A DNA stretch of 64,000 nucleotides from Eledone cirrhosa (lineage: Eukaryota), in the NCBI GenBank assembly GCA_964016885.1, contig OZ024748.1:18724001-18788000 (forward strand). Direction: 5' to 3'. Each line of letters begins with the position of its first letter. Within the stretch, counting starts at the first letter, position 1. The notes beneath the pieces were generated by a model. The model saw only the letters and a list, made by a program, of their open reading frames with translations. It had not been told where the DNA came from and did no database searches. A program made the position numbers and the translations under genes. Below are positions 55,401 through 64,000 of the stretch, one piece after another.

Positions 55401-58341
55401 AGGGTTAATGACAGGTACTGTTGATCAGTAGAAATATGGCAATGAAAAGTTTAATGACATAGACAGTGTCTTTCATTACAAATATGGTAACTAAATGGTT
55501 AAAGACATAGACAGTGTCTTCCATTAGAAATATGGAAACAAAAGAGTTAAAGACATAGGTAGTGTCTTTTATTAGAAATATGATAACTAAAGGTTTAAAG
55601 ACGTAGGCAGTGTCTTTCATTAGAAATATGGTAATGAAAGGTTTAAAGATATAGGCAGTATCTTTCATTAGAAATATGGTAATGAAAGGTTTAAAGATAT
55701 AGGCAGTGTCTTTCATTAGAAATATGGTAATGAAAGGTTTAAAGATATAGACAGTGTCTTTCATTAGAAATATGGTTGTGAAAGGTTTAAAGATATAGGC
55801 AGTGTCTTTCATTAGAAATATGGTAATGAAAGGTTTAAAGATATAGGCAGTGTCTTTCATTAGAAATATGGTAATGAAAGGTTTAAAGATATAGGCAGTG
55901 TCTTTCATTAGAAATATGGTAATGAAAGGTTTAAAGATATAGGCAGTGTCTTTCATTAGAAATATGGTAATGAAAGGTTTAAAGATATAGGCAGTGTCTT
56001 TCATTAGAAATATGGTAATGAAAGGTTTAAAGATATAGGCAGTGTCTTTCATTAGAAATATGGTAATGAAAGGTTTAAAGATATAGGCAGTGTCTTTCAT
56101 TAGAAATATGGTAATGAAAGGTTTAAAGATATAGGCAGTGTCTTTCATTAGAAATATGGTAATGAAAGGTTTAAGAGAAATAAATGATTGAAAGAGGGCA
56201 ACTTACACAAGTCTTCTGTGTAAAACAGCGATTGCTTGTTCATGGTCAATGGTCTGGTGCTGAATAAAACGGAATTCAGAGACGTAACCTTCAGTATGAA
56301 GCTTAGGGTTGTAGTCACCAAGTTCAGCTGGAACGATGATGATGAGGATGATGAAGATGATGAGGATGATTATAATAATGGTAATAATTATAATAATATT
56401 GATGAAGGCCAGCAATTTAGAGGGAAAAAGGAAAGTCAAATAAATCGACCCCAATACTTTACTGGTACTTTATTTTATCAACCCTAGAAAGATAAACAGC
56501 AAAGTTGACCTCGGTAGGATATGAACTCAAAATTTAAAGAGTAAAAATAAAACATAATATAGTGTATTTTGTCTGACACTAACAATTCTGCTGGTCCACC
56601 ATATAATAATAATAATAATGAAATTATTGTGTACAGTGCTCAGGTGCACTACAACTCATCAAAGGTGCATGTATAGTACATAGAATAATGTACAAATGTC
56701 AGGAAAATGAACAGTGTACGAGTCATGATATAATAATAATAACAATAATGAAATATTGTGTACAGTGCCCAGGTGCACCACAACTCATCAAAAAAGTGTA
56801 TGTACAGTACATAGGGCAATGCACAAACATCAGTAAAATGAACAGTGCACGAGTCATGATACACACATGTGTGCATGTGTATGGAAGGGGTACATCAGGT
56901 GTAGTTTTGGCGTATTTCGGGAAGCATGAGTGTCTTAAAGGATGCAGTGTCTCGGCAGCTAACAATTGACGCAGGCAGTTTGTTCCATGCTTCAGCAACT
57001 CTGAGCGTACGAAAGTCATGGGAGCTGTGCTGTTTTCTGATCTTGTAGGCATGTCCACGTGTGTTAGACACATGGAGATCAAAGAGGCGCTCAGGGTTGC
57101 AATTGGCGAGATGGTTAAAAACTTTGTGGGTATTCACCAAGTCCATTGCCAGACGTCGGACTAATAATGGTTTCTGATTTACATACACGGCCAGCAATTT
57201 GAGCAAGATGAAGAGGGGGAAAATTTGAGTATACTGACCCCAGTTTTTGATGACTGGGACTTTATTTTCGATCCTGTGAAGGACGAAAAGTAAAGCTGAT
57301 CTCAGCAGGATTTGAACATAGAATGTAAGGAGCTGGACCAAATAACCACAAGGCATTTTTTTTGACACTCTAACAATATTACCAATCCACTGCCCTAACC
57401 ACTCTAATAATTATTTCTACTTTTGGCACAGGCCAGCAATTATTCCAGTGTATTACTGGTACTTTATTTTATCGACCCCCTTAAGGATGAAAGGCAAAGT
57501 TAACCTCGGCAGGATTTGAACTCAGACCGTAAAGCCATAACTCTATGCTGCAAAGCATGGTGTCCGACCCTCTACTGATACTGCCAATCCACCACTCTAA
57601 TAAGGCTTTCTGATATAGGTACAGGGCCAACAATTTTGGGGGAGGGGGAAGTTGATTAAATCAACATCAGTGCAACTGGTGTTATATTTTATTGACCCCG
57701 TAAGGATGAAAGGCAAAGCTAATCTCAACAGGATATGAACACAGAATCTAAAGGGGCATAAACTCTATGCCGCAAACTATAGCGTCTGACGCTCTACCGA
57801 TTATGCTGATTACACATTGATATGTACTGCCAATCCAGTGTTAGAAATAATGGTCTCCAATTTAATAAACATGGCCAACAGATTAATGTTAAAGTGGCTG
57901 AGCATTCTACAGACACGTGTACCCTTAACATAATTCTCAGGAGATTTAATGTGACAAGATGAACCTTTGAATTACAGATACATACAATCCATCTGATGGG
58001 CTTCCACACAGTTTTTGCCTACCAAATTTCACTCACAGGCTTTAGTTAACCTGAAGTTGTGGTAAATAACACTTGCCCAAGATGTCACAGAGTAAGATAG
58101 AACCCAGGCAGGAAGGAATACGAAGCAAGTTGCTTAACCATTCGGCCATATTGCATCATGTTTTCCTCAACAAAAGAAGTCTACTAATGAATTCCTGAGT
58201 TGCTCTCCTTCTTCTGGAGTCATCTCCCTTAGAATACCCATGTACCTAGATCTACTTTACTATAACATTTTTTGCTGATACACTGTACCCATGCAAGCGT
58301 TGAAAAACGGATGTAAAAACGATGATGATGGTGATGATATG

Positions 58342-58397
<56 letters not shown>

Positions 58398-61141
58398 TAT
58401 ATATGTATATACACACACATATATATATATATATGTCATCATTTCATTTTATTTCATTTTATGTCCGCTTTTTCCCTGCTTGCAAGGGTGGGACGAGAAC
58501 TGATGCTGGCTTGATTTCTACAGCTGGATGCCCTTCCTAACACCAACCTCATTTACAGTGAGTGCTGGGTGCTTTTTTGCCGTGGCACCTCCACGACCAC
58601 TTTGCAGTGGAATGATAGGGAACCCTGTCCCTATCATCTCATTTCTACAGCTGAGTAAACTGGAGCAATGTGAAATAAAGTGTCTTGCTCAAGGAAACAA
58701 CACATCACCCGGTCTGAGAATTGAACTCACAACCTTTCGATTGCAAGGCCAATGCTCTAACCACTAAGCCATGTGCCTCCATCTATATATAATATAAAAC
58801 GAAAAATCAGTGATGCATCTGGACTCAGTTTATTGTGTGTTACAATTGTTTCGCCGGCAGATAGCTCGAGACACGCTCGATCATTGTATGGATCTGTCTG
58901 ATTCTAGATCTGCAGGTTCTTCAGACACATGCAATACTTTCGGAACAAATTTTCTCACTGGCGTGATATATATATATATTTATTTATTTATATGTATGTA
59001 TATATATTATATACACACATGTGTGTGTGTGTATGCGTGTGACTGTAAGCATGTATGTGTGTACTTACACTGTAAGATATAAGCTGCCAGTTCAATGATT
59101 TCCTCAAAAGTGACAGGAAGACGTCCTTCATAGATATCTCTTTTGATTTGGAGAAAGAAGTAATATCTGAAGAGAAACAGATATATATATATATATGTGT
59201 GTGTTTTAAATATTTCCGTAGAAAAGATAAAGGAAAAACGAGTGCTCTATGTATTGTACAGAGCTATTTAATTACATAATAAATAACACAATATAATTAT
59301 TTAATTACCGAAAGTTTCAAGAAATTACATGATTCTTGCAAGGAACATTCAGTTCGTTTGTCAGACAAAATAGTTATTATGTAATTATATATATATATTG
59401 GTATATGATATATATATATATATTGGTATATGATATATACATCGATGTATATCTGGCTGTATATATCAATGTATATATCATATATACAGCCAGATATACA
59501 TCGATGTATACAGCTTCTACACATACATCCACACACACTTCTACATACATCTACACACACATATAGACACATACACCCACGCACATATACCCCCCACACC
59601 CACACACACACAAACATAGGTGCACTCACATACAGTTCTACATCCACCCCTCCACACACGCACATAGACCCCCACACATACATACACTTGTACACACACC
59701 CACATACATATACACACTCACATACACTTCTACACCCCACCCCCACACACATATATAGACACCTAAACCCATACACATACACTTCAACACCCAGCCACAT
59801 ATAGACACACAGACCCACACACAATACTGTCACCACTACGTTACTATACTAAACATTCTACTCCAACTTACCTTGTAATTTCTTCTCTTAATTTACAGGG
59901 GTCTGCCGCGTAGAACTTCACTACAAAGTAGAGTGTGAAGGATGTGGACCCTAAAATAGGAAATATAGGAAAACCTTAGGAATTATCAAAGTCCTGGGAG
60001 ATTTGAAATTTGAATGTTTCAGGAAAGAATCGCTGGACAGATTTTATGAGCAAAACCAACTGGCAGGGGACCCAGGGGTAGACCCCGAGCAAGATGGTTG
60101 GATAACATCCTTGAGCTTGGCTGACCTCACTTGGGGATCCAGCCGGATCAGTTGAAGATGGTTGCTTCTGACAGGACCCATTGGAAGGAGTGTTTGAAGT
60201 CTCTTCCCCAACGACCCTTTCGGGAATAAGTGGGCAAAGAAGAAGAAGAAGAAGAAGAAGAAGAAGAAGAAGAAGAAGAAGAAGATATGACAATCCCAAA
60301 CATTTGGTCCCTTTTTTTTCTGGGGATGTCTCTAGGGGTATTTTACATGATTTTCTAAGTTATTATTTATAGCAACTGACTGTAGTTATTTCTGCATTTG
60401 GGCTTCTCACATTTTCAAATTTCAAATGGAAATATAGGGTTTTAACATGTGTTAAGGGACCAGAGTGCAGTGAAGAGGAAATATTGGTGAGGGACATATA
60501 TGTAGGTATGTAGTGTGAATATAAATATCAATGGTGGACTAATATGATGATGGTAATGATAATGATAGTGGTGGTGATGATGAGGGTGATGATGATGATG
60601 ATGGTAATGATAATGATAGTGGTGGTGATGATGAGGGTGATGATGATGATGATGATGGTAATGATAATGATAGTGATGGTGATGACGAGGGTGATGATGA
60701 TGATGATGATGGTAATGATAATGATAGTGGTGGTGATGATGAGGGTGATGATGATGATGATGATGGTAATGATAATGATAGTGGTGGTGATGACGAGGGT
60801 GATGATGATGATGATGATGGTAATGATAATGATAGTGGTGGTGATGATGAGGGTGATGATGATGATGATGGGTGTGATGATGGCAATGACGATGTTGATG
60901 ATAATGATGATAAAATGATGATGTTGATGATAATGATGATAAAATGATGATGGTGATGATGATGATGATGGTGATGATAAAGAGGATGATGATGGTGATG
61001 GTGATGATAATGATGATGATGATGGTGATGGTGATGATAAAGAGGATGATGATGGTGATGGTGATGGTGATGATAATGATGATGATGATGGTGATGATAA
61101 TGATGGTGGATATGATGATGATGATGATGGTGATGATAATA

Positions 61142-61177
<36 letters not shown>

Positions 61178-61426
61178 GTAATGATAAGATGATGGATATG
61201 ATGATGATGATGATGATGGTGATGATAATGAGGATGATGGTAATGAGAAGATGATGGCGGTGATAATAATGATAATGATGGTGATGATGATGATGACTAA
61301 ATGTATAAAAGTTGAGAGAAAGTTGAAACCCACTCACCTTTTAACTGAGAAGAAATAGTTTTATTGGAATCCAGCCAGTGCTGTAAAGAGAGAGAGAGAG
61401 AGAGTGAGTGAGAGAGAAAGAGAGTG

Positions 61427-61523
<97 letters not shown>

Positions 61524-63522
61524 CTGAAAGAGAGAGAGAGAAACAGTGAATGAGGCTATAGCTAGTATTGGAACATATTGAAACAACAATAGTAACAACA
61601 ACAACAACAACAACAACAACAATATAAATATCTAACCCTTTCATGTCTGTATTTTTAATGACACTGTATTTAAGATTAATAATAATAATGAAAATCATTG
61701 TGTACAGTGCTCAGGTGCACTACAACTCATCAAAGGTGCATGTATAGTACATAGAATAATGTACAAATGTCAGTAAAGTGAACAGTGTATGAGTCATGAT
61801 ATACACACAGATGCATGTGTGTGTGTGTGTGTATGGAGGGGGAATATCAGGAATTTCAGGAAGCACAGAAGTTTTGAAGGATGCAGTGTCCTAATAGTTT
61901 GACAACTGATGTAGGATAGTTTGTCCCATGCTTCAGCAACTCTGAGTGTGAAAAAAATGTTTCTGAAAGTCACGGGAGCTGTGCTGTTTTCTGACTTTGT
62001 AAGCATTTAATTAATTAATAATAACAACAACAAAAATATAGATATATAATCCTTTCATGTCTGTATATTTCGTGACACTGTATTTCAATTAATTAATGAA
62101 GAATTTTGAGGAATTTACTAAAATTATTAATCATTTCATTTCATTACTAAGATAATTATTTGACATATTGTTCTTATATAAAATTATTTTGGAAAATTTT
62201 AATTAAAATAGGAACCTTTTAAAACAGGCAGCTTTGAACTAGAAGTAAGATTTGGCTAGGTTGCTATCGTGATTGTATTTCTAATGAAATAAACTCTATT
62301 TCAATTAATTAAGAAACATGTTTTATGGATTTATTAAAATCATTATTCATTTTATTCCCATTATAGTGACTTAACAAAAGGCTCTTACATAAAATTATGT
62401 TTGAAGATTTTAATTTAAATAGGAACCTTTTAAAATGATTGGCTTTGTTTCGTAGAACGAGAGCTGTTAAAATTGTTTTAGAAATAAACAGTAATATGTA
62501 AGTTGACATTGTCAAGCCATCGTTTTGGCTGCTGACTTCTGCTTCTCTTACCAGCCAACTTTCCTTCTAGGCTTAACTTAATCACACCATGAGTTGATCT
62601 TTTGATATGACCGTACAGTTTAAGCACTCTAGACCTGACAACTGATGTGATTGGTCTAAGCCTGGTGATGTCAACTTATGGACTGGACTTGACCATTGCT
62701 CTTTAAACTCTGCTGTTGGTGATTGAACTTTGTGGAGAAAAAATATCTCACGTTGATGCACAATTCTGCAGCTAGCGGAGTTTAGTGTTTGGATATGTAA
62801 GTTAGACATAAAGGTGTGAAAATGGGATTAAAGTAAGACAAAAGAAAATGGTTTACATTTTTAACTGTGATGATTGTGGTAAGCTAGGCATTCTCATTTT
62901 CATTCCTTTATTTCTAATTGGATTTGTATTGGCTTTCTTAAAACAATCTTAACCACATGTCTCACAATGCTTTATATTGAGTACATCAAAATATAGATTC
63001 TGTATCAATTGTGGAGCTTCACCATATCACTGTCTATGTGGATTAGTCTATGTGGATTAATATAACAATGATGATGGTGGTGGTGGTGGTGAATAGATAT
63101 AATGATGATGATGATGGTAGTGGATGATGATTGTGATGGTGATGGTGGATGATGAACGTAATGGTGGTGGTGGTGGTGGTGGAGTGGTGGATGATGATTG
63201 TGATGATGATGGCTGTGATGGTGAAGATGATGATGATGATGATATGTGTTGATGGCGGTGAAGATGAAGATGATGATGATGCCGATTAAGATAGTGATAA
63301 TGATAGATGATGATGATGACGATGATAATAATGGTGACAATGATGATAGCTGCAGATGGTAGTGATGATGATGATGATGATGATGGTTTCAAGAAGGAAT
63401 GGTTCAATAATAGTTACCGATTGGTTATTCTGGTCCAGGAATCTCAAACCAAAGTAGTCCCTTTCCAATAGATTGACATGGTCAAAGACTTTCCTCAGCA
63501 AACAGTTGGCTCGGGCTGATGG
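25692..63522 (-). CDS. EPB41L4A: Band 4.1-like protein 4A (FERM domain), spliced gene of 24 exons in window, 5'-incomplete
   Basis: The 24 exons join in frame (3102 nt incl. stop) with GT-AG junctions. FERM motifs: [59 protein letters not shown]-terminal motifs recalled from vertebrate EPB41L4A: [32 protein letters not shown]. Confidence 0.9.
27164..27383. repeat. 79-bp inverted repeat with 62-bp spacer
   Basis: 27164-27242 is the reverse complement of 27305-27383. Confidence 0.9.
27997..28224. repeat. About 60-bp imperfect inverted repeat
   Basis: 27997-28056 versus 28165-28224, about 4 mismatches. Confidence 0.8.
28416..28742 (+). mobile_element. tRNA-headed SINE (B head, different tail)
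   Basis: A/B boxes; near-identical inverted copy at 58452-58775. Confidence 0.85.
28778..28995 (+). mobile_element. tRNA-headed SINE, third tail type
   Basis: A/B boxes; direct copy at 30824-31040. Confidence 0.8.
29075..29141 (-). CDS. EPB41L4A: FERM gene exon w
   Basis: [22 protein letters not shown]|gtaggt, 67 nt, phase 2-0. Confidence 0.72.
29842..29879 (-). CDS. EPB41L4A: FERM gene exon v
   Basis: [12 protein letters not shown]|gtaagt, 38 nt, phase 0-2. Confidence 0.7.
29975..30622. repeat. 20-bp minisatellite
   Basis: TGTTTGATAGTGTCTGTTGT units. Confidence 0.9.
30703..30769 (-). CDS. EPB41L4A: FERM gene exon u
   Basis: [22 protein letters not shown]|gtgagt, 67 nt, phase 2-0. Confidence 0.75.
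30824..31040 (+). mobile_element. tRNA-headed SINE, third tail type
   Basis: Direct copy of 28778-28995. Confidence 0.8.
31722..31952 (-). CDS. EPB41L4A: FERM gene exon t
   Basis: [25 protein letters not shown]...[11 protein letters not shown]...MKMPVNY|gtgagt, 231 nt, open frame, includes a PPxY motif. Confidence 0.82.
32040..32445. mobile_element. piggyBac-type MITE with a nested family A SINE
   Basis: TTAA|CCCTTTAGCATTTA ... TAAATGGTAAAGGG|CTAA; SINE at about 32158-32342. Confidence 0.55.
32524..34062. repeat. 50-53-bp minisatellite, about 30 copies, overlapping the donor of exon s
   Basis: TTACCCACAGCTGAGGATAGAGAGGGTGAGAAGAGTAGATAGGGGTGGTG units. Confidence 0.95.
34055..34132 (-). CDS. 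EPB41L4A: FERM gene exon s
   Basis: [26 protein letters not shown]|gtaagt, 78 nt. Confidence 0.87.
34505..34970. repeat. 20-bp minisatellite
   Basis: CCTTAGCCATCAACACCCCA units. Confidence 0.9.
35004..35072 (-). CDS. EPB41L4A: FERM gene exon r
   Basis: [23 protein letters not shown]|gtaagt, 69 nt; carries the EPB41L4A-type KEIPYTK motif. Confidence 0.9.
35153..35394. repeat. 18-bp minisatellite
   Basis: GTCAACAGTGAACCAAGG units. Confidence 0.85.
35633..35689 (-). CDS. EPB41L4A: FERM gene exon q
   Basis: [18 protein letters not shown]|gtaagt, 57 nt. Confidence 0.85.
36017..36106 (-). CDS. EPB41L4A: FERM gene exon p
   Basis: [29 protein letters not shown]|gtaagt, 90 nt. Confidence 0.8.
36750..37090 (-). 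mobile_element. Probable non-autonomous Helitron
   Basis: Minus strand starts A|TCTATATACTACTAAAA and ends with hairpin CCCGTGACCC-AAA-GGGGCATGGG then CTAG|T; no TSD. Confidence 0.6.
37816..37932 (-). CDS. EPB41L4A: FERM gene exon o
   Basis: [38 protein letters not shown]|gtaagt, 117 nt. Confidence 0.8.
38247..39301. repeat. 21-bp minisatellite, about 50 copies
   Basis: CAGAAACACACCTGTTACTGT units. Confidence 0.95.
39334..39399 (-). CDS. EPB41L4A: FERM gene exon n
   Basis: [21 protein letters not shown]|gtaaat, 66 nt, phase 2-2. Confidence 0.8.
39814..39930 (-). CDS. EPB41L4A: FERM gene exon m
   Basis: [38 protein letters not shown]|gtgagt, 117 nt. Confidence 0.85.
40529..40615 (-). CDS. 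EPB41L4A: FERM gene exon l
   Basis: [28 protein letters not shown]|gtaagt, 87 nt. Confidence 0.85.
40745..42496. repeat. 28-bp minisatellite, about 60 copies
   Basis: GGGTATATGGTAGTGAATATGGTCTGTT units; the variant block at 40783 recurs at 41371 (588 bp, 21 units). Confidence 0.95.
42533..42602 (-). CDS. EPB41L4A: FERM gene exon k
   Basis: Polypyrimidine-ccag|[22 protein letters not shown]|gtaggt, 70 nt; supplies the phase 1 to phase 2 change needed between exons j and l. Confidence 0.78.
43127..51275. repeat. About 8.1-kb satellite of 22/23-bp units
   Basis: GTTACAGTCCC(A/T)GAGTT(A/G)CTGTT(T) repeated several hundred times. Confidence 0.97.
51311..51426 (-). CDS. EPB41L4A: FERM gene exon j (FERM-adjacent region)
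   Basis: [38 protein letters not shown]|gtaagt, 116 nt. Confidence 0.88.
51740..51831 (-). CDS. EPB41L4A: FERM gene exon i (end of FERM-C lobe)
   Basis: [30 protein letters not shown]|gtaaga, 92 nt. Confidence 0.93.
51890..52390 (+). mobile_element. Probable Penelope-like retroelement 3' remnant
   Basis: ILPDGLNL peptide resembles the end of a GIY-YIG domain; followed by the hammerhead motif and AATAAA. Confidence 0.45.
52299..52354 (+). ncRNA. Minimal type I hammerhead ribozyme motif
   Basis: ACUAC CUGAUGA GGUCAUAGC..GCUAUCAUC GAAA U-AUAU-A UA GCAGU; one mismatch each in helices I and II. Confidence 0.6.
53398..53585 (-). mobile_element. SINE family A, well-preserved copy
   Basis: Near-identical to 54560-54748 and 57415-57595. 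Confidence 0.85.
53882..53945 (-). CDS. EPB41L4A: FERM gene exon h
   Basis: [21 protein letters not shown]|gtaagt, 64 nt. Confidence 0.92.
54350..54438 (-). CDS. EPB41L4A: FERM gene exon g
   Basis: [30 protein letters not shown]|gtgagt, 89 nt. Confidence 0.92.
55139..55226 (-). CDS. EPB41L4A: FERM gene exon f
   Basis: [29 protein letters not shown]|gtaaga, 88 nt. Confidence 0.93.
55366..56172. repeat. 48-bp minisatellite, about 16 copies
   Basis: AGGCAGTGTCTTTCATTAGAAATATGGTAATGAAAGGTTTAAAGATAT units. Confidence 0.95.
56207..56327 (-). CDS. EPB41L4A: FERM gene exon e
   Basis: [39 protein letters not shown]|gtaagt, 121 nt. Confidence 0.93.
56610..57163 (-). mobile_element. CR1/L2-like LINE 3' fragment
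   Basis: [11 protein letters not shown]...[15 protein letters not shown] peptide on the minus strand, 3'UTR and (TTA)n tail. Confidence 0.85.
58452..58775 (-). mobile_element. tRNA-headed SINE (B head, different tail)
   Basis: Reverse complement of 28416-28742. Confidence 0.85.
58831..58936 (-). ncRNA. Type I hammerhead ribozyme motif in FERM intron d-e (sense strand)
   Basis: Minus strand: UAUUG-CA-UGUGU CUGAAGA ACCUGCAGAU...AUCUGCCGGC GAAA C-AAUU-G UA ACACA-CAAUA; intact core and three helices. Confidence 0.75.
59069..59166 (-). CDS. EPB41L4A: FERM gene exon d
   Basis: [32 protein letters not shown]|gtaagt, 98 nt. Confidence 0.93.
59872..59950 (-). CDS. EPB41L4A: FERM gene exon c
   Basis: [26 protein letters not shown]|gtaagt, 79 nt. 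Confidence 0.93.
60030..60284 (+). mobile_element. RTE-like LINE 3' fragment
   Basis: [19 protein letters not shown]...[10 protein letters not shown] peptide followed by an (AGA)n tail. Confidence 0.7.
60545..61297. repeat. (GAT/GGT)n trinucleotide tract
   Basis: Direct reading; a similar tract lies at 63065-63386. Confidence 0.95.
61338..61380 (-). CDS. EPB41L4A: FERM gene exon b
   Basis: cag|[15 protein letters not shown]|gtgagt, 43 nt. Confidence 0.92.
61680..62006 (-). mobile_element. CR1/L2-like LINE 3' fragment, older copy
   Basis: [13 protein letters not shown] peptide and the same 3'UTR as the other two copies. Confidence 0.8.
63418..63522 (-). CDS. EPB41L4A: FERM gene exon a (FERM F1 lobe)
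   Basis: tag|[35 protein letters not shown]|gtaact, 105 nt, phase 0-0. Confidence 0.92.
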
Positions 63523-64000
63523 CTACAATAGAAGAAACACCTAGCTTTTAGTTTATATTGAAGGATGTGAGGCAGTAAAGAGCTGTCAAATATACACACA
63601 TAACCTCTTAGCTTTGTATGGACATATAATAACACACATAAATATAGCTCTACATACAAAACGTTTTTTTTCATTTCAGGTAGATGCACTCCATCATCCA
63701 CTTTTCTAAAAAAAAATATATCATACACAAAACGCCAACCTCAACAGTTTTCCAAGAGATGGCATCATGAATGGCCTGTTATTTTTCTCTAAAACCATTT
63801 TTTCCAATTTCACCCCACCCGTCCCTTCAATCTTTCTAATTTCTCATTTTTCTTCTGATGAAGGACTAGCGACCGAAAACTTAAGACCCTCTTCCTGCTA
63901 TTTTAAGCATTAACCTAATATATACCTTCCATATACTGTACCGATTGTGTTGTTATTTCTGTTTACCTTTTACATATATATATATAACACATGGATATAT

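Noticed and set aside
55405-56148. 247-aa ORF of [16 protein letters not shown] repeats
   Set aside because: 48-bp tandem repeat derived from a MITE end
60528-61337. Poly-His/Ser/Ile/Met ORFs (also 63005-63407)
   Set aside because: Trinucleotide microsatellite immediately after a donor site

Overview
AT-rich, repeat-dense eukaryotic DNA. The tRNA-headed SINEs, microsatellite load and gene content resemble an octopus/coleoid cephalopod genome (inference). Two spliced minus-strand genes can be rebuilt by hand with phase-consistent GT-AG junctions. (1) An EPB41L4A-like band 4.1/FERM gene has 24 exons at 25692-63522 (about 1033 aa; its first exon lies beyond the window). It ends in a His/Ser/Arg-rich tandem repeat and the C-terminus ATEL. 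(2) A 3-exon, 175-aa secreted protein with two CBM14/peritrophin-A chitin-binding domains lies at 11500-14160. The rest comprises a decayed maT-like (DD37D) Tc1/mariner element, LINE 3' fragments, SINEs, MITEs, a probable non-autonomous Helitron, hammerhead-ribozyme motifs and about 15 different tandem arrays, including an 8-kb intronic satellite. The main leads are a well-formed sense-strand intronic hammerhead ribozyme, a minisatellite built from a splice donor, tandem arrays starting 30-50 nt after many donors, and the repeat tail of the FERM protein. Nearly all ORFs in the supplied track are repeat artefacts. Repeat boundaries and copy numbers are estimates by eye.
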